DNA from: a virus
Direction: 5' to 3' (one strand)
Virus record (IMG/VR): IMGVR_UViG_3300009551_000003
Coordinates: 32,001 to 96,000 of that record
Length of the DNA stretch: 64,000 nucleotides
The translations under genes were made by a program, and so were the position numbers. The notes under the pieces are model-generated. The model had not been told where the DNA came from. It did not search any database and was given only the letters and a program-made list of their open reading frames with translations. Below, piece by piece: positions 25,789-35,509 of this stretch. The first letter of the stretch is position 1. Each line of letters opens with the position of its first letter.

Positions 25789-26646
25789 ATGAAACTTAAA
25801 ACCGTATACGCCACAGTCGAGGAAATTCCCGAAGGCTATGGCGATCTCTACACCGAACGCAATGGCCAGTGGGAGTTGACTGCCGTCGAGGGTGTGAAGA
25901 CCCAAGCCGATGTCGATCGCGTCCAAGAATCCCTCCGCAAGGAACGTGCCGACCACAAGGCAACCAAAGACAAGTTCACGCCTTTCGCTGAGCTTGACCC
26001 CGCTGAAGTTCTCGAAAAGCTGGAAGGTTACGACAGCCTTGTCGAGCAGAACGAAGCTCTCAAGGCCGGCGGCCAGTTCGACGAAGCGAAGGCCGAGCCG
26101 ATCATTCAGGCACGTGTGCGTCAGGCGATCGGTCCGCTGGAGCGTGACAAAGTTTCGCTCCAGAAGCAAATCGAAGAGCGCAACCGCAAACTTGCTGAGA
26201 AGGATAGCGAGGTCTCCACGCTCAAACACACCATCACCTCCGGCACAGTCGAGCGGGAAATCCGCGACGCTGCTGTCGAGGCAAAGGTGATCGGGCCGGC
26301 GATCGGTGACGTGGTACTCAATGGCAACCGCGTGTTCGAGTTGACCGAAGACGGTCGAGTTGTCACTCGGGATGTACCGGGTGTTACCCCGGGCCTCACG
26401 CCGAAGGAATGGCTGAAGGACAAGCAGGAAAGTGCACCGCATTGGTGGCCTGCCTCGGTCGGCGGCGGCTCTCGCGGCGGTGGCGGACCGGGCGGTGCCG
26501 GAGTGGGCGCCAACAATCCTTGGTCAAAGGAAGGTTGGAATCTCACCAAGCAGGGCGCGTTCGTCCGCGAGCACGGCGAGGCAAAGGCTGCGGAAGCGGC
26601 TGCGCGTGTCGGCTCCAAGCTCGGAGCGACCAAGCCGGGAGCGTAA
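25789..26646 (+). CDS. capsid scaffolding protein
   Basis: Coiled coil, APHWWPAS.GGG, C-terminal NPWSKEGWNLTKQG. Confidence 0.85.
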   Translation: MKLKTVYATVEEIPEGYGDLYTERNGQWELTAVEGVKTQADVDRVQESLRKERADHKATKDKFTPFAELDPAEVLEKLEGYDSLVEQNEALKAGGQFDEAKAEPIIQARVRQAIGPLERDKVSLQKQIEERNRKLAEKDSEVSTLKHTITSGTVEREIRDAAVEAKVIGPAIGDVVLNGNRVFELTEDGRVVTRDVPGVTPGLTPKEWLKDKQESAPHWWPASVGGGSRGGGGPGGAGVGANNPWSKEGWNLTKQGAFVREHGEAKAAEAAARVGSKLGATKPGA

Positions 26647-26678
26647 TGCAACTCCCCTAATCTGCTAGGTTACAGGCT

Positions 26679-26709
26679 AGGGCGTCGCGTATATCATACG
26701 CGACGCCCT
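26679..26709 (+). terminator. stem-loop after scaffold gene
   Basis: AGGGCGTCGCGTAT-ATC-ATACGCGACGCCCT. Confidence 0.55.
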
Positions 26710-26741
26710 CTGTCTTGGACTGAAGCAAATGGGATTATACC

Positions 26742-26909
26742 ATGACCGATGTAACTGTTGCTCTTGTGGACATCCCGGTCACGAACATTCCAAGTGTCAT
26801 TGACGTGCCGGTTACGCCGATCGTCTCGAACATCCCGGTTACTCCCGTGATCCCGCAAGTCACTCTTGAAGTCGGCGCCGGCAGTAGCGGCAATGGACCT
26901 CCCGCATGA
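26742..26909 (+). CDS. 55-aa Val/Pro/Ile-rich fibre leader ORF ending SGNGPPA (not in ORF track)
   Basis: (I/V)PVT repeats; stop overlaps ATG of 26906. Confidence 0.7.
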   Translation: MTDVTVALVDIPVTNIPSVIDVPVTPIVSNIPVTPVIPQVTLEVGAGSSGNGPPA

Positions 26910-29443
26910 GCATCGTAGACGGACAATTCTATATCAACAACCTCAATGGTGACTACTATTTGAGGGAGAACGGCGCGTGGGTCCTGAGAGGGAACATCGA
27001 ATCGCTAGGGTTCGCCGACGTGCTCGGTCTTGTGCAACCCGGGGATACTGATCAAACGGCTGCGCTAGCGCGTGCTATCGCTACCGGCAAACCGATCATG
27101 TTCCGCTACAACGGAGGCACGCCGTATGTGATCTCTGCGCGTCAGACTGTTCCGGCTAATACCGCGATCTTTGGATTTGGTGGCCGTGCCGTGATCTCCA
27201 TGGCGGTTACGGGCCAATTGTTCTTGATGAACGCCGTCTCCGGAGTTCGGATCAAAGACCTCAAGGTCATTGGAAATAAAGCGGCTGTCACTGCGGGTCC
27301 TCCTATCGACTTTGAAGGCGCCTCTGACTGTGTTCTAGACGATTGCGATTTCACGGATTGCAGCCGAGAGATTCGATTGTTCGCAGGCACGAACAACGTG
27401 CGAGTGCGACGCGTCAGCTATACAAACAGCGGACAGCACGGTCTCCAGATCGACAACTCATTCAACAACACCGTCTCGCAATTCAATGTCAACGGCAGCG
27501 TCGGTTTCGGCATCATCCTGACCGGGGGTTCGCACGAAAACGAACTTTCGTTCAACAAGACTTTCAGTAACGGTATCGAGCTTATCGGTATCACCTACGA
27601 GTGTTGGGGCAACCGTGTCATCGGCAACCACGCTGAAGGGACTGGCGACAACGGCATCTCGATCACGGGGTTCGACAATCTTGTCGTCGGTAATATCTGC
27701 CGCTTCAACTCCAACAACGGCATTCACGTCTACGGCAACAACAACACGGTCGTAGGCAACAACTGCAAGAACAACAACCAACGCTTCCTAAGCGATGGCG
27801 TCTCGACCTTCTCCGGCATTGAGGTAGGTCCTGCGTTCGGTGGTGCATGCTGGGATAATACGATCACTGGCAACATCTGCTCGGACGATCAAGTCGTGCC
27901 TACTCAAACGTATGGAACGCACGTCCAACCGAACGTGATGGCGCAATGGGCAACGGGCGTTGTGACCGGCGTTCGTGCCGTAGTCTTCAATGGCACGAAT
28001 GCTTACATCGCGACCTCGGCCGGCACCACGGGTGTAACCGCGCCAGTGCACACGACTGGAACTGTCTCAGACGGCGGAGTGAACTGGCTCTTCCTGTTTG
28101 GCTTGCACACGGACAATACCACGTTGGGCGCGGCTGGAAATGCGTTGATCGGCAATACGTGTGTTGGCAACCGCATTGCACCGTCGCTTGATGACAGTCA
28201 AAATAATAACAGCGATATCGGTGGACCCGATTCGATGCTTCGAAGCATCAAGAACATTCCGCCAAACTCCAATGTGACGGGCGTAGGCGGCAACATGGTT
28301 CTCCGTCGCGGCGTCGGCCAGCCGTGGCTCGCGGCGTATGTGAACTCTGGAGCAACCACTGCAAATCGAGGCTTGTGGCAGCCGGTGCAGATTAGGGCAC
28401 TCGGTTTGCATTCGGTCAGGCCGTCGAGCGGGTCGGTCGGTTCCGGGTTCGAGGGCTCACAGTGGTATGATCTTGACGAAGGACGCATGGTCATCGCGGC
28501 CGGCGGCGCGCGTGGCGGTGCGTGGCTCGACGCTCTAAGCCGACAGGACCCCGTCACCGGAGTTTCGGCTGCCGGCACTGGGCAAAGCGATGCTACACTG
28601 TTGGCATACGCGCACAATACAATCAGCACCGTGGCGGCCGGCGCCGGAGTCAAACTGCCGGTGATCACGTTCCCCGGTGAGGAGATGACGGTCTTCAACG
28701 ATGGTGCCAACAATCTGCTCGTCTACCCGTCCACGGGAGCACAGATCAACGCGCTTGGCGCTAACAATCCGTTCACTCTGCCGACTGGGCAGGCGATCAC
28801 CTTTAGGACTTCATCCTCGACCCTATGGCGCACTCCAGCGCTCAACGTCTCGACGAGTGGCGGCGTTACGCCGATCACGCATACCGTGGGCAATTGGTAT
28901 CTTCCGGAAGATATCCGCGTAACAGGTACGATCGCGGGCAGCGCGAACCAAATCAGGTTGTTTCCATTCATCGCGAATGAGAGTATCACGATCAGTCAGC
29001 TTGGGTCTTTCCTTGTCACTGGACAGGCAGCAGCCAATCTGCAATTGGCGATATATGCGGCTGATCCGACGACGCATCTCCCCACGGGGCCGGCTCTTAG
29101 CAGCACTGCGAGTATAGCAGTAGCCGTAGCTAATCAAGGCAGCGTATCCGCCGCTCTCGGGAGCAATGTCGCGCTGGTAAAGGGCAATCTCTATTATCTG
29201 GCAGACAACGTGGATACGGCGTCTGTTTCGTTCACCTCACTGCATTCACTCGGCGTCATCGCTGCATATGCGATTGGCGATGCCACGTTGAGCAACGTTC
29301 TTAATAGCCAAACTGACCTCGGGGGCTATTTCTTTTCGCAGACGTTCAATACATGGCCGACATTCACTGGAGCTTCGTCCTTCACGAGGGCTCAGGGTCC
29401 CAGTCTCGTCGCTATCGCGTTCAAAGTCGCAAGTGTACCGTAA
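26906..29443 (+). CDS. fibre/spike protein with right-handed beta-helix (depolymerase-like)
   Basis: DQTAALARAI, Asn-ladder repeats (N.V.GN), GTTG.TAP.HT.GTVSDG.V.W module. Confidence 0.85.
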   Translation: MSIVDGQFYINNLNGDYYLRENGAWVLRGNIESLGFADVLGLVQPGDTDQTAALARAIATGKPIMFRYNGGTPYVISARQTVPANTAIFGFGGRAVISMAVTGQLFLMNAVSGVRIKDLKVIGNKAAVTAGPPIDFEGASDCVLDDCDFTDCSREIRLFAGTNNVRVRRVSYTNSGQHGLQIDNSFNNTVSQFNVNGSVGFGIILTGGSHENELSFNKTFSNGIELIGITYECWGNRVIGNHAEGTGDNGISITGFDNLVVGNICRFNSNNGIHVYGNNNTVVGNNCKNNNQRFLSDGVSTFSGIEVGPAFGGACWDNTITGNICSDDQVVPTQTYGTHVQPNVMAQWATGVVTGVRAVVFNGTNAYIATSAGTTGVTAPVHTTGTVSDGGVNWLFLFGLHTDNTTLGAAGNALIGNTCVGNRIAPSLDDSQNNNSDIGGPDSMLRSIKNIPPNSNVTGVGGNMVLRRGVGQPWLAAYVNSGATTANRGLWQPVQIRALGLHSVRPSSGSVGSGFEGSQWYDLDEGRMVIAAGGARGGAWLDALSRQDPVTGVSAAGTGQSDATLLAYAHNTISTVAAGAGVKLPVITFPGEEMTVFNDGANNLLVYPSTGAQINALGANNPFTLPTGQAITFRTSSSTLWRTPALNVSTSGGVTPITHTVGNWYLPEDIRVTGTIAGSANQIRLFPFIANESITISQLGSFLVTGQAAANLQLAIYAADPTTHLPTGPALSSTASIAVAVANQGSVSAALGSNVALVKGNLYYLADNVDTASVSFTSLHSLGVIAAYAIGDATLSNVLNSQTDLGGYFFSQTFNTWPTFTGASSFTRAQGPSLVAIAFKVASVP

Positions 29444-29457
29444 ACAGGAGAACTTCT

Positions 29458-29751
29458 ATGTCAGCATTTAGAGGCATCGCATTCATCACTCTGCCCCCTA
29501 CCGTTCAAGTAAACGGGAGTACGGATGGTGATTATCCCGATATCACTAAACTCTATTTGATGATCAACGGTTACGCAACGGACGGTGCTATACGGCACCA
29601 AATCGATAATGTTGTGGCGCTCCCGTTCGATCTTGATCATGCCGCGATGGATAATCTAATCCGGACTGCTATATGCGATCAATTTGCGGTTAGCTGGAGT
29701 ATTTTCCTCGATCCGAAGGATATCTATTTCCCGCTAGCCGTTTCGAGTTAA
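29458..29751 (+). CDS. hypothetical protein (possible fibre chaperone)
   Basis: AGGAG RBS, follows fibre gene. Confidence 0.55.
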   Translation: MSAFRGIAFITLPPTVQVNGSTDGDYPDITKLYLMINGYATDGAIRHQIDNVVALPFDLDHAAMDNLIRTAICDQFAVSWSIFLDPKDIYFPLAVSS

Positions 29752-29763
29752 GGATCAGGATCA

Positions 29764-30132
29764 ATGACTGCCAAAGTAACATTCCCGCAACCAAACAACG
29801 CGTGGCTCTTGCTTGCCTTCCGATTCGGAACGCAAGGCGACACCTCATGGTCGTTCGTTGGCAAGCACTTCCTGTGCGACTTCAAAGCTGATCCCGGACA
29901 AGACGATGCCGACTTGGCGACCTCCTCGATCGGGAGCCCGCAAACCATCCTCGTGCTGGATACCGTCAATCGCATCCTGCAATTCAACCTGACGGATCAT
30001 CAGCTTCGTGCTGCGCTGGAGCCGGGGCCATACAGCTTCGATATGATCATGGTGGACGATGTTACGGGCGAGCGCGACGTGCTCATGACCGGCGTGATGA
30101 CGCTAACCCAAGGTGTCACGATCGAGGACTGA
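29764..30132 (+). CDS. beta-sandwich fibre adaptor (BppU-N-like)
   Basis: L.PG.YSFDM.......L..G.......VT pattern. Confidence 0.6.
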   Translation: MTAKVTFPQPNNAWLLLAFRFGTQGDTSWSFVGKHFLCDFKADPGQDDADLATSSIGSPQTILVLDTVNRILQFNLTDHQLRAALEPGPYSFDMIMVDDVTGERDVLMTGVMTLTQGVTIED

Positions 30133-30134
30133 AG

Positions 30135-30392
30135 ATGGCTTTTGAAGAGAACCCTTGGTCGGACGAATTTTGGAATCTGACGCAACAGGGTGCATACATC
30201 AAGCAGTTCGGTGTCGAAGTCGCGAAGACGAAAGCTCGTCAGGCTGGCACGAAGCTCTATGCCGCGCGTAAGACCGCTCCGAAGCCGGAGCTTCGTGTTC
30301 TCGTGCAGCGTCGCAACCTTGTCGTCGGCGGAGGTACAGTGGGCGGCCTCCCGGCTGATGCTCTTACGAGTGGCGACGGGCCTCCGACGTGA
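30135..30392 (+). CDS. small protein with scaffold-C-terminus-like N-terminal domain, ending SGDGPPT
   Basis: NPWSDEFWNLTQQGAYIKQFG matches scaffold NPWSKEGWNLTKQGAFVREHG. Confidence 0.8.
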   Translation: MAFEENPWSDEFWNLTQQGAYIKQFGVEVAKTKARQAGTKLYAARKTAPKPELRVLVQRRNLVVGGGTVGGLPADALTSGDGPPT

Positions 30393-32413
30393 GTGTATCC
30401 GCAGATAAATTCTATATTGATGATCTCACGGGCGACCTCTATCTGCACGAGAATGGCGCGTGGGCTCTAAAAGGGACTGTCAAAGCAGGCGGGGGAGGCG
30501 GCTCGGGTAGTGGACCTCCAGACGAGAGCACTGTAATTCCGGGAGGCGGCTCGACGGGCGAGGTGACTGGCCCATCCGTAGCTGTTGACGGGACACCAGC
30601 CGTTTTCAATGGCGTCAGTGGCAAAGTCATCAAGAACATTTCTTTTTCGGCTTTCAAAACATCGCTTGCGCTAACGCAATCCGATGTCGGTCTCGGCAAT
30701 GTCGATAACACATCCGATGCCAACAAGCCGGTCTCGACCGCAACGCAAGCTGAGTTCGCTTCGCTCACCAAAGCTAGTGTTGGTCTAGCCAATGTGGATA
30801 ACACGTCTGACACCGCTAAGCCGATCTCGACCGCGACGCAAACCGCGCTCGACGCGAAAGTAGCCGGGCCAGTCAGCGTCACTGATGGCCTGCCAGTCTT
30901 GTTCGACGGCGTGACTGGCAAGCTGATAAAGAGCGTGGCGTTCACAGACTTCAAGACCTCGCTGTCGCTTGTTAAGGCAGATGTCGGTCTCAGCAATGTG
31001 GACAACACGTCTGATGCAACCAAAAACGCTGCCTCTGTTGCATTGACCAACCACGCCTTCGATGCTTCGCTTAACACCTTGAGCAAGCTCGACACGACGA
31101 TGTTCGCTACGAACGTCATCGACACGGATGTTGCTCTTACCGCCAACAGCAATACGAGGTTGCCGACACAGGCCGCAGTCAAGGCGGCTATCAATGCGTT
31201 GCTCGGAGCTAACGACGCCGAAGTCTACAAGGGCGTGATCGACTGCTCAGTTAATCCGAACTATCCCGCCGCCGATGCGGGTTTCGTCTATCGGGTCAGC
31301 GTTGCCGGTAAGATTGGCGGCGCGAGCGGAATCAACGTCGAGGTTAGTGATCGCCTGCAATGTATCGTAGACGGGACTGCGGCCGGCAATCAAGCTACTG
31401 TCGGCGCGAATTGGTGGATCACACAAGCTAACATTGATGGCGCTGTTGTCGGTCCGGCAAGCGCGGTGGACGCTACGCCGGCCGTATACGATGGCACGAC
31501 CGGCAAGTTGATAAAGAATGTCAGCTACTCGACTTTTAAGACGAGTCTCGCACTTGTCAAAGGCGATGTCGGGCTCGGCAACGTTGTCAACCTAGACACC
31601 TCGACGCAAGCCAATGTGTCATTCACTGGCCTCAGTGCGGCGGCTGCGGCAGCCGACGCGGACACGATCCCTGTTAACCAAGGGGCCGGAAATCTCAAGC
31701 AAACGTTTACTGCGATCAAGACATGGATCAAAGGATGGATTGTCAAGGCTGACGTTGGCCTCGGCAATGTGGACAATACATCCGACGCTACGAAGAACTC
31801 GGCCGCCGTCACGCTAGCGAATAAGGTGATGGACTTTGCCAACAATACGATTTCGAACATCACGCTCGCGATGTTTGCTACCAATGTGGCTGATACGGAT
31901 GGGACGCTTGCGGCGAACAGTGACACTCGGGTCGCGACACAGAAAGCTACGAAGACCGCGATTGCTGCTTCAGTCAAGACAGTCGTTGCTTTTCGTGCTG
32001 ACTTTGGGGGCACACCTAACACTATTTCCACTACTGGTACGATCACTTTTAAGACCGTGCCATTCAACAACAAAGTGTTCGAGGTCGGTGGCTCACACTA
32101 CAACCCTTCGACATTTCAATGGACGCCCCCCGCTGGCGTAGTCGCCCTATCTGCGGTTATTGCGACAGCGTCCCCAATTGCCTATACAAGCTCCAACTAC
32201 GTCCTCCCCGCCATTTTTAAGAACGGTGTGCGTATCACCGAAGGCATCCAACAAGGGAATGCGACCACTAACGATCCGACAGGGACAGGCGTGTTGGTTG
32301 TGGACTTGGCGAATGGCACAGATGTTTATGATGTGCGGGCTGTAGTCCAAGCAACGGGGACGATCATTTTGGATGGCGTCGTTTGTTTCTTCGGCGGTTA
32401 CGTCGTAAATTGA
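30389..32413 (+). CDS. repetitive fibre protein with C1q-like tip
   Basis: Five VGLxNVxN(TSD) repeats, three GP..DxxP..(F/Y).G..GK.IK repeats; C-terminal FRA..F.....G..YN. Confidence 0.85.
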   Translation: MSVSADKFYIDDLTGDLYLHENGAWALKGTVKAGGGGGSGSGPPDESTVIPGGGSTGEVTGPSVAVDGTPAVFNGVSGKVIKNISFSAFKTSLALTQSDVGLGNVDNTSDANKPVSTATQAEFASLTKASVGLANVDNTSDTAKPISTATQTALDAKVAGPVSVTDGLPVLFDGVTGKLIKSVAFTDFKTSLSLVKADVGLSNVDNTSDATKNAASVALTNHAFDASLNTLSKLDTTMFATNVIDTDVALTANSNTRLPTQAAVKAAINALLGANDAEVYKGVIDCSVNPNYPAADAGFVYRVSVAGKIGGASGINVEVSDRLQCIVDGTAAGNQATVGANWWITQANIDGAVVGPASAVDATPAVYDGTTGKLIKNVSYSTFKTSLALVKGDVGLGNVVNLDTSTQANVSFTGLSAAAAAADADTIPVNQGAGNLKQTFTAIKTWIKGWIVKADVGLGNVDNTSDATKNSAAVTLANKVMDFANNTISNITLAMFATNVADTDGTLAANSDTRVATQKATKTAIAASVKTVVAFRADFGGTPNTISTTGTITFKTVPFNNKVFEVGGSHYNPSTFQWTPPAGVVALSAVIATASPIAYTSSNYVLPAIFKNGVRITEGIQQGNATTNDPTGTGVLVVDLANGTDVYDVRAVVQATGTIILDGVVCFFGGYVVN

Positions 32414-32477
32414 TGCAAAAACCCTTGTGTGGCGCATCTTTCTTGCGATTCACACGTCTATAGTTTTGCAGCGTAAT

Positions 32478-32512
32478 CGCTAGTTGTTCTTAATTAAGAG
32501 CCCTGATAATCT
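32478..32512 (+). promoter_or_regulatory. CGCTAG-class putative late promoter 3 (capsid gene)
   Basis: CGCTAG-TTGTTC-N17-TAATCT. Confidence 0.65.
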
Positions 32513-32635
32513 AACGGCACAATTTGGACAGCCGTCCGCAAGCCGAATGTCGGCGATTCGCACGGCATCCCTTTGATCCAGACACCTCCATGGGGACGGT
32601 GCTGACACCCTACCCCCATTCAAACGAGGCACGTC

Positions 32636-33733
32636 ATGGTGAACGTTTCGACCCAAATCGCGGATGTCATTGTCCCCGCAGTCTTCACGCCGTATACCCA
32701 ACAGCTTACGATGGAGAAGACCGCGATCATCCAGAGTGGCATCGCTGCCCGGGACGATTTTCTCGACAACTTGCTTGCCGGCGGCGGCCTGACCTTCACG
32801 GTCCCGTCTTGGCAGGACATCGGCGACCCGGCCGAAAACGTGTCGAGCGATGACCCGAACTCGACCTCCAACCCCAACATCACCCAGACGTCGGCCGAAG
32901 TCGCTGTACGCCTTTCGCGTAACGCTTCTTGGAGCACGATGCGCCTCACGACCGCTCTGGCCGGGTCCGACCCGATGCAGAGCATCGCGTCCCGCGTCTC
33001 GGACTATTGGGTCCGTCGCCTTCAGCGCGCGTTCGTCGCGGTCGCCAACGGCATCTTCGCGAACAACGCATTGAACGACCCGACCTTGGGCCGTTCGGGC
33101 AACGTCGGTAGCAACGCTGCTTACGGCAAGAAAGGCGACCTGACCAACGACATCTCTGGTGTGAGCTTCGTGGCCGGCGTTACCAACTTCTCGGCCCCGG
33201 CGTTTATCGACACCACGACCCTGCTTGGCGATGCGGCCAATGACGTGACCGCAACGTTCATGCACTCGGTTGTGTACTCGACCGCCAAGAAAAACAACCT
33301 GATCGACTTCATCCCGGATTCGGAAGGCAAGGTTGATATTCCGACCTTCCTCGGTCTCCGAGTGATCGTGGACGACGGCATGCCGAACCCCGCTGGCGAC
33401 CCCAGCAACGGAGCGCAGACCGCCGCCGGCATCTATCACACGTGGCTCGTTGGGCCTGCCTCATTCCGTCTCGGCGTGGGCACCCCGATCGTCCCGACCG
33501 AAGTCTTCCGCTTCCCGGACCGTGGTAACGGCGCCGGTTCGGACATCCTCTACAACCGCGTCGAATGGTGTATCCATCCGGTCGGTCACGCCTACGTCGG
33601 TTCGCCGGCTCTGGAAGGTGGCCCCACCAACGCCGCGACCGCGAACAACCTCGCCCATCAGAACTCGTGGGTTCGTGTGTTCCCCGAGCGCAAGCAGATC
33701 AAGCTTGCCCGCCTGATCACCCGCGAGAGCTAA
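32636..33733 (+). CDS. major capsid protein
   Basis: TQIADVIVP.VF..Y, G.DPM..IA.RV..YW, MHS.VY, FLG.RVIVDD, HP.G; strong codon bias. Confidence 0.9.
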   Translation: MVNVSTQIADVIVPAVFTPYTQQLTMEKTAIIQSGIAARDDFLDNLLAGGGLTFTVPSWQDIGDPAENVSSDDPNSTSNPNITQTSAEVAVRLSRNASWSTMRLTTALAGSDPMQSIASRVSDYWVRRLQRAFVAVANGIFANNALNDPTLGRSGNVGSNAAYGKKGDLTNDISGVSFVAGVTNFSAPAFIDTTTLLGDAANDVTATFMHSVVYSTAKKNNLIDFIPDSEGKVDIPTFLGLRVIVDDGMPNPAGDPSNGAQTAAGIYHTWLVGPASFRLGVGTPIVPTEVFRFPDRGNGAGSDILYNRVEWCIHPVGHAYVGSPALEGGPTNAATANNLAHQNSWVRVFPERKQIKLARLITRES

Positions 33734-33764
33734 GGCTCTCCGGACTGACGAGACTACCCTCTTC

Positions 33765-33797
33765 GGGGCGGCGGACAAACCGCCGCCCCTTCTCTTT
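33765..33797 (+). terminator. intrinsic terminator after capsid gene
   Basis: GGGGCGGCGG-ACAAA-CCGCCGCCCC-TTCTCTTT. Confidence 0.7.
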
Positions 33798-33809
33798 GTG
33801 GAGATCACC

Positions 33810-34034
33810 ATGCCGAATCAACTCAGCGGACAGAGCGGGCATAGCCCTCAGTGCCACGAGAACCACAAACGACACGACAAGTTTGCTCGTGCTCGCCACA
33901 CTGATCAACTCGCGGCTTTTCTTGCTGCGCAGGCGACCCGTCTCGGGACCACCTCTGCGATCGTCTTCGCCAAGCTGGAGAAGTACGGCGCCAATCGCGT
34001 CAAGGGCGCGGCCAATCTTGCCGCACTTCCGTAA
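33810..34034 (+). CDS. small basic hypothetical protein
   Basis: GGAG RBS. Confidence 0.6.
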   Translation: MPNQLSGQSGHSPQCHENHKRHDKFARARHTDQLAAFLAAQATRLGTTSAIVFAKLEKYGANRVKGAANLAALP

Positions 34035-34183
34035 GCAAATGACAGCTTTGCTCGGGAGCTTGAACGGGTCCAGAGGGGGGACTTCCGGCCCGATCGTTTT
34101 CGAGTAATGCGCCCGGAGCCGCGACTTCGCATCGCGGCTCCGGGTGACCAATTCACTACCCTCCTAACCCCCAAGAGGATACC

Positions 34184-34852
34184 ATGGCTAACGAAGACAT
34201 TAAGAAGGCACTTGCGGAACTTGATTCGAGTAACGACGCCCATTGGACCGATGATGGTCTTCCCCGGGTTGACGTGATCCAAGTGCTTCTGAAAGACCCC
34301 ACCATCAAACGCAAGGATGTCAGCGAAGCGTCGCCCGGATTCTCGCGTGCCGCGACCGAGGCTGTTACCGAGCCGGAAGACGTGCAACCGGGTGATCCGA
34401 CTGAAGCCGTTGCAGCAACTCCGCCGCCGGCTGACGCCGATCTCGAACACGATGACGGCCTCAACCTCGATCCGAAAGACCCGCTGTCCGATGTCGCTCG
34501 TCTCGACAAAAGCGATCTGCGCGAAGCAATGCTGAATCGTATCACGGCGGCAGAAGCTCGCTGGGACGCGGCTAAGCAGGCCACGTATGAGGCGGCCGAA
34601 TACGAAAAGAAGTGTATGGCTTGGGCTGATAAGGCGAAGCTCGACTTCAATCGCGTCTTCCCGCCGCTGCATCCTTCCGACGCGATCAAAGCCCATCTTC
34701 AGAACCAACTCGAACAGCGTTACATCGCGGCCGGTCAACTGCCCCCGACGCCCGGCAACATGAACCCGGCGCTCTCTCCGCTCGAAGTCTCTTTGATGGG
34801 ACGCAAGCGAGCGGGGCGTGTCTATCGGCAACCCGCCGTCACCGCGCACTGA
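34184..34852 (+). CDS. head-region protein
   Basis: LD..ND.HWT.DGLP N-terminal motif; GAGGA RBS. Confidence 0.7.
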   Translation: MANEDIKKALAELDSSNDAHWTDDGLPRVDVIQVLLKDPTIKRKDVSEASPGFSRAATEAVTEPEDVQPGDPTEAVAATPPPADADLEHDDGLNLDPKDPLSDVARLDKSDLREAMLNRITAAEARWDAAKQATYEAAEYEKKCMAWADKAKLDFNRVFPPLHPSDAIKAHLQNQLEQRYIAAGQLPPTPGNMNPALSPLEVSLMGRKRAGRVYRQPAVTAH

Positions 34853-34870
34853 AGCGGCTAAGAGGCCGCA

Positions 34871-35506
34871 ATGGCATTCCGCCCCGCACTCAACCGCAGG
34901 CTCGCAGGACAAGGCCCCCTTCAAGCCGCGCTGTTTCGTGCGCGGCAGAAGCGGACCGTGCGAGGGTCATTCTACGGCACAACTTGGAATACAGCCGACA
35001 AGGGGACTACGATCTCGTTGTCGGCTGACAAGCTAACCGCAACTGGATCAGCCGGAAGCGGTAAGGTACGCGGCAGCACATCGCGAAGTTCGGGCAGACT
35101 GTACCTCGAATTTTCGAGTATCACACAAGTCGGTGCCCAAGGTGTCATTGGTTTTGGCAACGCGTCGGCGTCACTCAACGATGCTGTACTCGCTAACACC
35201 ATAGGTGTCGAGCCTAATGGCGCTTTGCTTCCGGGCGGTTCACTCGGATCAAACCCGGCTGGTCATGTTCTCAGGTGCGTGATCGATATCGGGCGCGGGC
35301 TTGCGTGGTTCTGCGAAGATAGCGGCAACTGGAATGGCTCTCCCAGTGCCAGCCCGGCTACGGGTGCGGGCGGCAAGTCTTTCAACATCAGTGGCCCTCT
35401 TTTTCCTCTGGCCTTCCTCCAGACTGGCGGCACCGTCAAGATCAACTCCGGCAACGCAGCGTTCGCGTTCTCAGTGCCATCCGGCTGTTCGCCGTGGGGA
35501 GTCTAA
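34871..35506 (+). CDS. SPRY/B30.2-like beta-sandwich virion protein
   Basis: W...DK...I.LS...LTA..VR......SG..Y.E pattern. Confidence 0.7.
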   Translation: MAFRPALNRRLAGQGPLQAALFRARQKRTVRGSFYGTTWNTADKGTTISLSADKLTATGSAGSGKVRGSTSRSSGRLYLEFSSITQVGAQGVIGFGNASASLNDAVLANTIGVEPNGALLPGGSLGSNPAGHVLRCVIDIGRGLAWFCEDSGNWNGSPSASPATGAGGKSFNISGPLFPLAFLQTGGTVKINSGNAAFAFSVPSGCSPWGV

Positions 35507-35509
35507 TCA

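Noticed and set aside
33744-33782. Hammerhead ribozyme after the capsid gene (CTGACGAG...)
   Set aside because: Lacks the GAAA(C) core after stem II; the region is explained by a terminator.
32480-34924. Long antisense ORFs (319 and 339 aa), and similar ones opposite rtcB, tape measure and endolysin
   Set aside because: Shadow ORFs produced by GC-rich codon bias opposite well-supported genes.
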